From NCBI GenBank assembly GCA_032718475.1, contig JAUCBJ010003058.1:36156-100155 (forward strand): a stretch of 64,000 nt of DNA, written 5' to 3'. The notes below the pieces were generated by a model. The model was not told the DNA's origin, did not search any database, and worked only from the letters and a program-made list of their open reading frames with translations. This document shows positions 12,797 through 26,200 of this stretch, in pieces; position 1 is the first letter of the stretch, and every line of letters starts with the position of its first letter. The stretch is from Nemertoderma westbladi (taxonomy: Eukaryota > Animalia > Xenacoelomorpha). The position numbers and the translations under genes are program-made.

Positions 12797-15700
12797 TTGA
12801 CCAGATATTACTCTATTGATTTTGGTTATTATGTGATTATTATAGTATAGCAGTACTAAGTACTCAGTACATTATTTTTTATCTTCTTCCCTTGGATGGT
12901 CATACCTACGCCAAAAGTGTTGTGTTATATGCAGTGTTAGAATGTAGGCTATAGTTTGGTAGTTTGTTCTTGGTTTCAATTGGAAGTTGCAGTTTCTAGT
13001 TCAGTAGATATAGCCAAATGTAATGAAAGGTGAGGAAAGATTCTATGAAGATCCTATTGTGTGAATGACAGCTACAGCACTGCAGTTGTAGGTATTGTTT
13101 ATCGCCTTCGTTAGCAAAGCACCCGCCTGTATTTCCGAGTGTTTATAGTTTTGATTATAAAATCATGCCTTTGAAACCTGTTCCTTTATCTCAACTGGTA
13201 TCATATAGATTCCTTTTATTTTACTTACTTTTATTGTTTGGTTAGAATATCCAGCCTATGTAACTTGCTTTTCCCTCAATGGGTAATGATAGCCTAGCAT
13301 TTATTGTTTTTATATATTATTATTATTCATGAAAAATGCAGCAATGGACTTGATCCTCAGCGTGTTTCATCAGAGTTGGATGGTCATACTGCGATAATAG
13401 TTGACTGATGTACCAACGTACCGGCAGGCCCACAACAGTAAATTTAGAGCCTGGTTGTGTTCAGTGATTCTGATAAATGAAATGATTAAAGGGAAACTGA
13501 ATCTGAGAACAAGGGACATTATCTGCTTGCAGATTCAGTTCCCCCGACTCAATCCGCTAGCGGACATAGGCCCCCTGTACTGATGCAGTCTGTATCCGCA
13601 GGGGGGCAGCATGCACCAGAATCAGAAGTTACACCAGAACGTCGGACTTCACATGTGCTGTGGAAGATGATTTTTTCAATTGTTTTTCACCTTCGAATTT
13701 TAGGTGACAGACTATCAGACGACAGAGATTGAAACAGCAGTACCCATATGATAATATCTCTTTTTGTCACTCATTCCACGACTAGAACTTCCAACTCCTA
13801 CCAAGAACCAACTAAAAACTATACACTCTGCTGACACTGCAGCACTAAGCTACAACACTGGACCCGTATGTAATTGGTGAAGTTCTTAGTCATATTTTGG
13901 GTGTTTTCCCAAATTCCACCTATGTGGGAATAATATGTGCATCACATGGTGTCTGGTTAACCGTTGCTGGTGTCCTCTACAGAGGCAATGACGATTGTGA
14001 GTAATAATACCAAAACCAATAAAGGACAATATTAGATGGGTAATAACGGTGGATGTAATATTGGCTACCGAGTGAGATCAATGTGTGAGCACTCACGGAG
14101 GTACGATGTGAGAGATGTGTCATATCATTGGATGAATAAACAGAGAGAGCAATTTAGAGTGCCGAGGATAACCTAAACACTACATATTAGTAAATGCACA
14201 AGTAAGGTACTTGCAATATACTGGCCAGCAGTATACTACTCCCGCAATATACTGCCCAGCGATACTGCTTGGCAGTATCGCTGAATTTTAGTCTGAATTT
14301 TAGTCAATATATTTTCAGGTATTTTTTTTCATCGGAGGGAAGGGGGGTGGGGGGAGGGATATTGCAAGGGATTGTTTGGGTTTGCCCCCCCCCCCCCCCC
14401 CCAAGGAATATTCTGGATTAAGTTATACTACACCAAGGAAGGTGGCACTACAGTGTTATTGACCACCCTAGGTTAGGTTGAACCAGTGGCGTAGCCAGCA
14501 TTTAACAAGGGGAGGGTCCAGAGCCAAAACGGGTGGGGGGAATGAATGAAACTAAAAAATGCTAACATATGTGAGGTTTCATAAAGAAACCGACCTACGG
14601 TTGCAAAAATTAAACTTGTTTTTTTTAATGATTCAAATACACATTTTTATGCTGAATCGAACACTGAAAACTGATTTCGAATCCAATAACGTGTTGTCAC
14701 GAAAATGAGTTTTGAAAATTAGCAGTTAGAATTAGCTAAAATACTAATTATAATGCTAATGCTAACTTAGCATTAGCTAATGACCAAGACTTTGAAGTTA
14801 TGAGAGTTTCAAACTTTCCCGCCAATTTTCTGTTTTTGGGGGATTTTTCCAATATAAAATTTTACGATATTTTTAAAAGTAGACATGTAAAAAATTAGGT
14901 ACATGTTAGAATTCAAACACAAGTCAGTATGGCCTTTAGCTAACATGTTTTATTTTTATTATTACTGGAGGTCACTGTGTCTGTCTGTCTGAATGTCTGT
15001 ATTTTTGTTTGTCAAGAAATATTACAAATAAATAACGAAAAAACAATTTTTTTGGTAATGGGGTTTTACTTGCCGATGATTTCAATTACGATGTCAGTTT
15101 TCACTATTTGCCGAATCTAAACTTTTGTCTGCCTGTCAGTCAGTTTATTTGTTATTATGTCTTTCTGCCCGTTAAAATTTAAGAAAGAGCACAAACTATT
15201 TAGAATTTGTGTTAATAGGGTTTTTCTGGGCGGTGATTACATTTAAAATGTAACTTTCCTGACTGGAAGAAATCTAAACGGTCTGTCTGTCTGTCTCCTG
15301 GTCTGTCTGTGTGTTTGTCTGTCAAAAACGAGAAAAAAATAAAATTAACAAAAAATTCAATTTATGAGTTTTATCTATTGTTGTATGTTTATATTTTATA
15401 TAGTTTAGTATACTGTATATATATCTTTTTAAATAATCGATAAGCCCACAATAGCCTTCGGCAATTGAAACACAATGGATTATTTAATAATGAGATTAAT
15501 TTAGTGGTGAACTGCTGACAGCTGACCAGCGGGGTCTGGCCAACCATGTAATAAGGTTGAAATGATTTCCGAAAATATCGAGAATAATAATAACTGTTGT
15601 GTTGAGAAGAAATAGGTTGGTTTCAAGTTAATAGAGTGCTGGGCAAAACTGTTCATCTATCTATCATCAGTTATTTGCACATACCAACGGTGGTTTATCT

Positions 15701-15880
15701 TTACCCCCAAATTTAGTAAGAAATCTGGAGGGATATATGGCATTGACTATTCCTTTTTGTCCATATAATAATATAATAAAAGTAATAAAACTGATAATAA
15801 TTATTTCCAAAAGTGGTTTGGATAGACTTCTATGAATCGAAGGCCAGGACTCAAATCCCATGATGTATTTTCTTACGTAC

Positions 15881-16000
15881 CCCGTGACTGTTGAAGGTCG
15901 CCGTTGAGAGACGTGCCTTTATAAGTATCAACTCATAAACTTTAGCGCCACAACTTTCCACTACTGAACGCAAAGCGAAATCTATTATAACTCCATACAT
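15881..16000 (-). CDS. Soluble guanylate cyclase variable first coding exon 1c (proximal, divergent)
   Basis: 120 nt, ATG at 16000. Encodes MYGVIIDFALRSVVESCGAKVYELILIKARLSTATFNSHG. Phase-0 donor GTACGT joins in frame to exon 2. Confidence 0.85.
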
Positions 16001-17419
16001 TGCACTTCTTTTATATTGAGTTGTGTATGTTGTGGTTAATTGAATTGAACCAGATAGAAAATGGAGGCCTATATGTATGTATGTAGACTATTAATTTGAA
16101 AAATAGATAACTCTAAAGGTGGTGCACAAAGCTACCTCATAATGTATACTGTTTACAAAGAAAACTAATATAGTGCTCAAAGTTAACTAATATACAGTAA
16201 TTCACAATACTGTAGTTCACAAAATGGATAAGTTAAACATTTGCGTGATTTGTACCTAAATATAAATACAAATAGCTGCATTATTTTTTTTATGAAAGGA
16301 ATGGTTTTTTCAGTCCTATATAATGTATCGCGTAGGTAAATAAATGATTATATATCCTGCTACAATAATTATAAACAACATACCAAATTTTATAAGAATT
16401 CAGTAGCGTTTGAAGATTATTAATTACTTTCAAGAAGAGATAATAAAACTTTAATAAAACTTTAATAACACTTTAATAAAACTTTAATAAAACTTTAATA
16501 AAACTTGATAATAAATGAAGATAATAATATTTTTACCTTATAAGCAACATAACATAGTCCTGCTACTCACAATTCTCTTTGTATATGTCTTATTAAATAT
16601 TGAGGCAATCACTACTTGTTTTTATGACCATAATTATTGTTTAGATTCACTTTTATTTATCTTATTTTAGAGAAGAAATACAGCTGATTATAATGTAGAT
16701 CAAAAGATAAAGCAATCAATAATTAATTTTTAATTAATGGTGCATTCCAATGGCAAGGGTAATTCCTTTCAAAGGAAATTCTTGAAATTCTTTGATGTAT
16801 ATAGTTAGGAACCGCAAGTTGCTTATTGTCATAAGTATGTAAGCTCTGAATTTAATTTGAGTTAGTTCATATTCAATATCAAATTATTCCAAAAAGCCCT
16901 AACGATTTTCCTACCTTTTAACACTGGTACACCCTAAATCAAAGGTAACTCGCAATTTTACAGACTCATAGGGTCAGGGGTCTAGCAATGGGATGTTCTG
17001 ATGGGCAAACCGATCGATCAAACTCGACTAATCTAAAAGGAATCTCTCAAGGAATATCCTACACCACAGTCTCTACACTCTGGGAGTGTCGAGATTCAGT
17101 TGGCAGAGGGGTCTAGGAATCGGATGTTCTGATTGGCTAATACTGAACCATCACATACTATAAATATTCTGCACATATTTTTTTCAAGGCCATATTTTAT
17201 GGTCTCTGGGTTTTATTGGAATTTTTTTCGTTTTTAAAAAGTTAATTAAATTAATGTGTCCAGTACAGAAATTAAAATAACCTGAACACCCCCCAAATGA
17301 CCCTCTGCTGCATCGTTTTTTGGGGGCTGTATGGGTCATTTCTCATCATTTTGAAGTTTGATAATGAGTTTTCGGATTTATTTATCATTTATTTTATTTC
17401 CTAGAGTTTTTTTTATCTA

Positions 17420-20400
17420 TACTTGTAATCCTAAATATACTGTATAATGTTTGTGAGAGGTATATTTAGCGAGTTTGCCCCTATTATATGCATTCCTCTT
17501 CTTGGCCCTTTGACTTTCATCAACCACCATCACCGATAGAGGTTCGTGGGGAGTCGACGCTGCCATCTTTTTTGCTTGTTTCCGGTAGGCTCGGTTCGGT
17601 TTAGGGAACTTTATCTCATCCACTCGTCAATATATTTCCCCTTTATAGGCAGGCAATCAAGAACCATTCGTCGTCTCCAAAATCTTGTTGGTAGGAGTAT
17701 AGTCGACGGATTATTTTGGTTGGTCCAAAGAGGATGGCGCTCTGAATAAGATACTGATAGCTGAGAGGGAGGTTCTTCCTCTTTGCAAGCTCCTCAGGGA
17801 ACATAAAGTATCCCCGGTACATATCTTTCCCATCGTTTGCTACGTTATATCGGTCCCTTGTTTTGAGATGCGAACTAGCAAACGTCTCGAAAATTACCAT
17901 ATTTCTGGTAGCCAGTTTATCCGTTGCAGGTCACTTGATATGGCCTCTTCCTCCACGTGTAAGTCTATGAAACCCACAGGAGTCGCATACTGAACTAAGC
18001 AATGAGCAAACCCAGACATTGTGCCTCGATCGTGTGCAGTATGTGCATTGTGCAGTACAACATTCCTAGCAAAGCTAGACATGGTTCAGCGATCATGCAC
18101 ATTGTATAGCACAGACATTGTTCCGATCCGCAGTTATTGCAGACATTCCAGGTGTCAGGAAATCTGTAGTATACTGGGATTTTGTTCCCAACATTGTACA
18201 TTGTACATCCAATATCGCTGCTTTATGTTGGCCATAATCCAGTTCTGACCAGCATGCAGGTTATCTTCATGGCATTGTCACACTAGTAGTCTGGCTAGAT
18301 GGGAGTTTCCAGGAAGAATTGCTGGGTACTTTATTTCATATTCCACTGGTGCGTTTGCCATGTGGGTAATTATTAGAATCACTCTATCATTGCCCATAGT
18401 GGGCCTTAGTTGATAAATAGGACTATTGGGTTTGATGGTTTTACCCTTCACTAACTGCTCCCACTCATCCAAAAATACTCCGGATGTATCGTGTAATACA
18501 TCACTCAGCTGTGGTGAGCTCCTGGTTATTGCGCTTTACCATCGGGACACTGAGTCTCCATCTCATAAAGTTCCAGAGTGCTAATACATAGTTTGTGAGT
18601 TTTTTCATGTCCATGATCCAAAGATGTCCGTGATCTTCCCTTCTTTGACCTTCTCGATCTCTTTGTCATCCTCAGTATACTTCCCACTGTCTTTTCCGGA
18701 TAAAATTTAATGCTCCAGGTCAGTTGGGTTTGATTGAGGAACTCGGGCCCATCTAGCCACATCTGATGTTGCCTAATTCATGTGGGGTAGCTCTATGGCT
18801 AGCAATGTCTGTGGGGTTCTGTTTTCCAGCGACTTGGTGCCATTGTTCTCTGTCCATGCACTGTTTGATCTCTGTGGCATGGTTCACTACAAATGTCGTG
18901 TGTCATTGGGATGGGGGTGGAGGTAATAGAGAATGATGCTGGAGTCCACCCAGAAATGTTCCGACTGTATCTTAATCCACAGCTCTCTCAGGATCATTCG
19001 ATTTTGACGAATGGTCCATACAGCTGCTTGAAGCTCCAGTCTCGGTACCTTTGCCACGAACTCTCCCAATACTGTCTTGGCTTTGGTAAATATGAAACTG
19101 GTATCTATCTCACCATCCTCATTTCTCCTCCTCAGGTATGTGAAGACCCGTATCTAGGTGTTTGATGCATCTGAGAAGGTGTGTAGCTGGTAAAAATCAC
19201 CCAGGAAAAAACGGACGCGGGACTCTCATTAGTTTTAACTATTCTAGGTTCTTCACCCACACTTCCCATTTTTTTCGTAGAACCAGGGGTAACTCCTGGT
19301 CCCATCCTAGACCATTTATCCACATCTCCTTTATTCGGTTGATTCCAGCTAGGGTGACTGGGGTAACGAAATTTAATGGATCGAATATCGAACTCCATAA
19401 GGAGAGGCATCCTCTTTTAGTGAGTGGTCTGTCGACGTGGGTATATTTAAAATGGAAGCTATCATAATGGATATTCCACTCTGTGTTACAGATACTCTGT
19501 GTTTGTCTCTCTCGGAGTACATTTTTTCTAGTTTGATCTCTTCTGGAATTGCTCCATTAGCTCCATGTTGCGTGATCAGAACTTTACCAAGGGGAATCCT
19601 CCCGTTCCAAGGCAGTTGACCATACCCATGGCTAAGTCATATGCATCATCCAACCTCTCGGCCCCAGAGCATCCAATCTACGTAGAAACAGCATCTGATG
19701 TTATCGATAACATTGTGGGGTATTTCATTTCAAACATGTCAACTGTTTTCTTTATCATGGCGCTGCAGACTACAGGGGAATTCTTTGCCCCAAATACCCA
19801 TATATGTATATATATAATATATGCAATATTTCAACGTCTTTTAACATACGATTGTTGATTTCTGATATAGTTAGTGCTTGATTCATCCAACATATCCTCA
19901 GGCTGTTGGAGTCTATTGGTAGTGTCCATACCTGATGGAACATCACCTTTATATTGAATGTGAAAGTAATATTGTTCTCGGAAGTGCAGCAGTACGCTGG
20001 CAAGTAAACTATATATGTTAGGCCTGGTAATACAGTTGGCTGTTCAGGGATTCTCCTTGAAAGGTAGCTGTGGTGTCGTTAACTACTCTGATCTTTCCAG
20101 CCTTACATTTTTCATTCACATAGTTGGTGGGCAGGTAATAAGTGTGAGTGGACCCTTCTAGTTCTGTCGTCGGCACCCTCTCCATTAAACCATATGACAA
20201 ATACCCGGTTATGACCCGGTTCAATGTAATGGGCTTTAATCTCTGGCTGTATACTCAGCTGTCACAATATTCCCTTTAATCGAGTGAGCGCCATACTCGA
20301 ATAATTAACCATTGTTTTATCTAATTGTTTCCACAACATCCGTGATCTTCAATGCCCATCAACAAACTCAGGTTGTTCCATAAGCATCATGCAGTATTGG

Positions 20401-21362
20401 TCTTCTTCCAACAAGACTTTGTTGCTCTTGGCGAACTCTTGTGTTTCGAAGTTGAAATATCTTGCCAGTTCTTTCTGTGTCCTTTCTGATTTCAAGAACA
20501 TGTCTCCAATGTATTCTGACACCAAGTGGTGTCTTATGTTGACGGCGTTATCTTCTACCCGATATTTGGGAAGATATGTGTAGGTGTTGGTGGTTTCCTC
20601 TTTTATACCACACAATATCCATCCAGCCCATAATTGTCCTTTCCGCATAAAATCCGTCATTGGGTTTGGTTGATCTGGTGATCTCGCCTGTTGGAATGTG
20701 AAATCAGGGGTGTCTAGGCTGATTAGGATTGTCGGAATCTCACACACAGATTGGTGTGCACTAAGGCACTGTGTATTGTGATGAATGAATGGGAATTACC
20801 TTGGTGAATATGGTATATCTCCTATTAATCATGTTCACTACGTTTGAGATGTTTGTGGTGTGGTATCTCTTCTGGGATGGCACTGCTCCGGTTGGAATTT
20901 GGTTCTAGGATTAGACAGTTCGACACTCATCCTACCACCCTCCTTTGACCTTGAGTAATAGGAGGGTTTGCTGGATCTATCATTTTGAGCATCCCTTCTC
21001 CTCCGCATTTCTCCTCGGTAAGGTAGTATGGAAAAATCGAAGTTTGCCGTGGAATATGCAGCAATGTATGATGTCAGTTGTCACTACAGATAGGAACAGA
21101 CACCACCTCATTGAGTCACTGGTTGCCAGGAGCTACGGCATACGGGAAGCGGACTCGCCTGCGTATTGGGTGGGATACGCCCGCAGACTCTAGTTTGCTC
21201 TGTGTGCGGGGTGGATGGCGCATATGGCAAGCAATTGGATTTGGTGATGGGGCAGGTCTGCGTGGCATTGACCTCAATGGCAGCTGTTCAGGGCGTTACT
21301 ACTTAACATCCTTTCCAGAGTGACTTGTAGCTTTAATCCAGAGTGACTTACATTTCTCACCA
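17420..21362 (-). mobile_element. Decayed BEL/Pao LTR retrotransposon internal region
   Basis: Fragmented ORFs contain GKIRVVND...GESLNSQL (RT), KVPRLELQAAV and FWVDSSIIL (Pao RNase H), WLDGPEFL and YPAILPGNSHLARLLV. Many frameshifts; boundaries are approximate. Confidence 0.85.
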
Positions 21363-21836
21363 ATATACTATTCCTGTACAAACAATATGTAAGCAGGTGA
21401 CTGGTTTTGTCTGATAACTATAATATTTCCATTTTCGAAAGAAAAGTGTTCGAATTATTGCATTTTTGTCATTTCGAATAAAGACAAAAAGACAAAAAAC
21501 ATAATAATTATAACGATTTACGCTTCAAAACTTTCACCTTAGTATATTGATAATATCTTTGGCAATCTATGGTGAAATTCACAACGGTTTTCAGATTCGG
21601 AATTTGCAGAAGAAGGCGTTTCTAATGGTATCTGGATTACTTTCAAAAGATAAAAAAATAAAGCCAACTGAGATGGTTAAATATTGTTAGAAAGGCGCTT
21701 TTAACGGCTTGTTATATCGGAATAGCTCAGATATTGGAAAATCCGCCTCGGCCAGCAGTAAGTAAATTTGTCGAATTATCATCATACCAAATTTCGTAGC
21801 ATAATATGATTGAAATTTGAAAAAAAATGAGGAGGA

Positions 21837-21867
<31 letters not shown>

Positions 21868-23228
21868 AGTGGCTTTATAAACATTTGATGTGGCGGATGT
21901 TGTTCAATCATAATTAAAACGAATAACATTTTATTATGGAAATATTTCGAACACATAAAAACAAAAATTTGTAAGTTTATATTATTTACTCCAAATCAAA
22001 TTCGAGGCATCCGACAGCAACTATCTTCGAAATGCTACATACTTAAAATGAAAATGCTTCATTCAACACCATAATGTACTATTCCAGCTAGTACCACAGA
22101 AAGTCATTAAGTTGACAGGAAGATATTACTCTAGCAGTTAACACCTACAATCATACATTGTCACAGTCCATTAATAAGAAATCCATTAAAATAGACAGTT
22201 ATTCTGAGTTCGGGTTCCGCGGTGTTGTTTCAGTGTATATTACGTGCTAAATGTACACAATAAATTGATCAGTAAAATTCACCAAAGATTGTCGCTATGG
22301 AGAATAAATAAACAGCAGTGGGAACTATTGATGTAATTTAGATGCGACGCGAGTTGTTTGTTTATTATTTACGTCGTCAAGTTATATAAAGTAAACCACT
22401 ACCATCGATTCCATCGAGACTATTAATTCAATTGTTGCCAACACGTGGTTTCATGACAATGTTCCTGGCAAATGTTAAAGGTCTCCTTTCGCATGTAGAC
22501 TGGTGGGAAAACTGGCAGAAAACTGATAACGATGGCTAGCAGACAAGATAGATAGATACTTCTTTTTATTCAAAAAATCCGATTGTTTACACTCACAGAG
22601 ACAGCCTAATAGTAAAAAACTATTGTTGCTGATAATGGGTGGAATAAAGCGTCAATATTTATGGCGTTATTTAGGTTCTACGTAACATAATTAGTAGCAC
22701 ATACCTTTCCACAAAGAAACAAGAAACACTTACACCAGCAATTCGAACATTAAAGTAAGCCTTTTTAATTTAATTTAATGTAATTGATTTATCTCTATCG
22801 TATTTTCTACAGAAATGGTATTAATTTTGGTTAGAAATTTCTAGTATGTTTTTTTATTTCGCGAATTTTATTATTTAGTGCATTCCATAATAGGCGAGTA
22901 CAGCTAACCAGTATACTATTGTATCCAATGATTTTATGGGTTTTATGAATTTTTACACCAAAAAGTAATTTTATTTATTTATATGTGGAGAGGTTAGTAA
23001 AGGTAGTGTTAAATTATTTATACACAGTAGTGATAAGTTGTAGAAATTTTAGTGCAAAGAAATCTCTAAGAGCTTGTAGATGTGGCAGTCCAGTGGTTTA
23101 TCTTATTTTTTTACAGTAAATAATACGGAGGTCATAATTTTATATTTTGTCCAGCCCATGCAGGATATCCTTGTTTGTATCCATGAATGCCATGCAGTGA
23201 AGAGATTAGTGTGCAGCAGTAGTTGTGT

Positions 23229-26200
23229 AGTGGTCGGAGAGGTGCTTTATATATAGTTAGTTAGCTAGTGGTCGGAGAGTTGCTCTGTATATAGTTAATT
23301 AGCTAGTGGTCGGAGAGTTGCTCTGTATATAGTTAGTTAGCTAGTGGTCGGAGAGTTGCTCTGTATATAGTTAGTTAGCTAGTGGTCGGAGAGTTGCTCT
23401 GTATATAGTTAGTTAGCTAGTGGTCGGAGAGTTGCTTTGTATATAGTTAGTTAGCTAGTGGTCGGAGAGTTGCTTTGTATATAGTTAGTTAGCTAGTGGT
23501 CGGAGAGTTGCTTTGTATATAGTTAGTTAGCTAGTGGTCGGAGAGTTGCTCTGTATATAGTTAATTAGCTAGTGGTCGGAGAGTTGCTCTGTATATAGTT
23601 AGTTAGCTAGTGGTCGGAGAGTTGCTCTGTATATAGTTAGTTAGCTAGTGGTCGGAGAGTTGCTTTGTATATAGTTAGTTAGCTAGTGGTCGGAGAGTTG
23701 CTTTGTATATAGTTAGTTAGCTAGTGGTCGGAGAGTTGCTTTGTATATAGTTAGTTAGCTAGTGGTCGGAGAGTTGCTTTGTATATAGTTAGTTAGCTAG
23801 TGGTCAGAGAGTTGCTCTGTATATAGTTAGTTAGCTAGTGGTCGGAGAGTTGCTCTGTATATAGTTAGTTAGCTAGTGGTCGGAGAGTTGCTTTGTATAT
23901 AGTTAGTTAGCTAGTGGTCTGAGAGTTGCTTTGTATATAGTTAGTTAGCTAGTGGTCGGAGAGTTGCTTTGTATATAGTTAGTTAGCTAGTGGTCGGAGA
24001 GTTGCTTTGTATAAAGTTAGTTAGCTAGTGGTCGGACAGTTGCTTTGTATATAGTTAGTTAGCTAGTGGTCGGAGAGTTGTTCTGTATATAGTTAGTTAG
24101 CTAGTGGTCGGAGAGTTGCTCTGTATATAGTTAGTTAGCTAGTGGTCGGAGAGTTGCTCTGTATATAGTTAGTTAGCTAGTGGTCGGAGAGTTGCTCTGT
24201 ATATAGTTAGTTAGCTAGTGGTCGGAGGGTTGCTTTGTATATAGTTAGTTAGCTAGTGGTCGGAGAGTTGCTCTGTATATAATTAGTTAGCTAGTGGTCG
24301 GAGAGTTGCTCTGTATATAGTTAGTTAGCTAGTGGTCGGAGAGTTGTTCTGTATATAGTTAGTTAGCTAGTGGTCGGAGAGTTGTTCTGTATATAGTTAG
24401 TTAGCTAGTGGTCGGAGAATTGTTCTGTATATAGTTAGTTAGCTAGTGGTCGGAGAATTGTTCTGTATATAGTTAGTTAGCTAGTGGTCGGAGAATTGTT
24501 CTGTATATAGTTAGTTAGCTAGTGGTCGGAGAGTTGTTCTGTATATAGTTAGTTAGCTAGTGGTCGGAGAATTGTTCTGTATATAGTTAGTTAGCTAGTG
24601 GTCGGAGAGTTGTTCTGTATATAGTTAGTTAGCTAGTGGTCGGAGAATTGTTCTGTATATAGTTAGTTATCTAGTGGTCGGAGAATTGTTCTGTATATAG
24701 TTAGTTAGCTAGTGGTCGGAGAGTTGTTCTGTATATAGTTAGTTAGCTAGTGGTCGGAGAATTGTTCTGTATATAGTTAGTTAGCTAGTGGTCGGAGGGT
24801 TGCTTTGTATATAGTTAGTTAGCTAGTGGTCGGAGAGTTGCTCTGTATATAGTTAGTTAGCTAGTGGTCGGAGAGTTGTTCTGTATATAGTTAGTTAGCT
24901 AGTGGTCGGAGAGTTGTTCTGTATATAGTTAGTTAGCTAGTGGTCGGAGAATTGTTCTGTATATAGTTAGTTAGCTAGTGGTCGGAGAGTTGTTCTGTAT
25001 ATAGTTAGTTAGCTAGTGGTCGGAGAATTGTTCTGTATATAGTTAGTTAGCTAGTGGTCGGAGAGTTGTTCTGTATATAGTTAATTAGCTAGTGGTCGGA
25101 GAGTTGCTTTGTATATAGTTAATTAGCTAGTGGTCGGAAAGTTGCTCTGTATATAATTAGTTAGCTAGTGGTCGGAGAGTTGCTCTGTATATAGTTAGTT
25201 AGCTAGTGGTCGGAGAGTTGTTCTGTATATAGTTAGTTAGCTAGTGGTCGGAGAGTTGTTCTGTATATAGTTAGTTAGCTAGTGGTCGGAGAGTTGTTCT
25301 GTATATAGTTAGTTAGCTAGTGGTCGGAGAGTTGTTCTGTATATAGTTAGTTAGCTAGTGGTCGGAGAGTTGTTCTGTATATAGTTAGTTAGCTAGTGGT
25401 CGGAGAGTTGCTCTGTATATAGTTAGTTAGCTAGTGGTCGGAGAGTTGCTCTGTATATAATTAGTTCGCTAGTGGTCGGAGAGTTGTTCTGTATATAGTT
25501 AGTTAGCTAGTGGTCGGAGAGTTGTTCTGTATATAGTTAGTTAGCTAGTGGTCGGAGAGTTGTTCTGTATATAGTTAGTTAGCTAGTGGTCGGAGAGTTG
25601 TTCTGTATATAGTTAGTTAGCTAGTGGTCGGAGAGTTGTTCTGTATATAGTTAGTTAGCTAGTGGTCGGAGAGTTGTTCTGTATATAGTTAGTTAGCTAG
25701 TGGTCGGAGAGTTGTTCTGTATATAGTTAGTTAGCTAGTGGTCTAAGAGTTGCTCTGTATATAGTTAGTTAGCTAGTGGTCGGAGAGTTGCTCTGTATAT
25801 AGTTAGTTAGCTAGTGGTCGGAGAGTTGTTCTGTATATAGTTAGTTAGCTAGTGGTCGGAGAGTTGTTCTGTATATAGTTAGTTAGCTAGTGGTCGGAGA
25901 GTTGTTCTGTATATAGTTAGTTAGCTAGTGGTCGGAGAGTTGTTCTGTATATAGTTAGTTCGATAGTGGTCGGAGAGTTGTTCTGTATATAGTTAGTTAG
26001 CTAGTGGTCGGAGAGTTGTTCTGTATATAGTTAGTTAGCTAGTGGTCTAAGAGTTGCTCTGTATATAGTTAGTTAGCTAGTGGTCGGAGAGTTGCTCTGT
26101 ATATAATTAGTTAGCTAGTGGTCGGAGAGTTGCTCTGTATATAGTTAGTTAGCTAGTGGTCGGAGAGTTGTTCTGAATATAGTTAGTTAGCTAGTGGTCG

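Noticed and set aside
12609-12850. GT/YR/VQ dipeptide ORFs
   Set aside because: Artefacts of the (ACAGGT)n microsatellite.
22700-22745. Possible non-coding 5' exon donor for exon 1c (AAG|GTATGT)
   Set aside because: A donor-like motif alone is not evidence; transcript data are needed.
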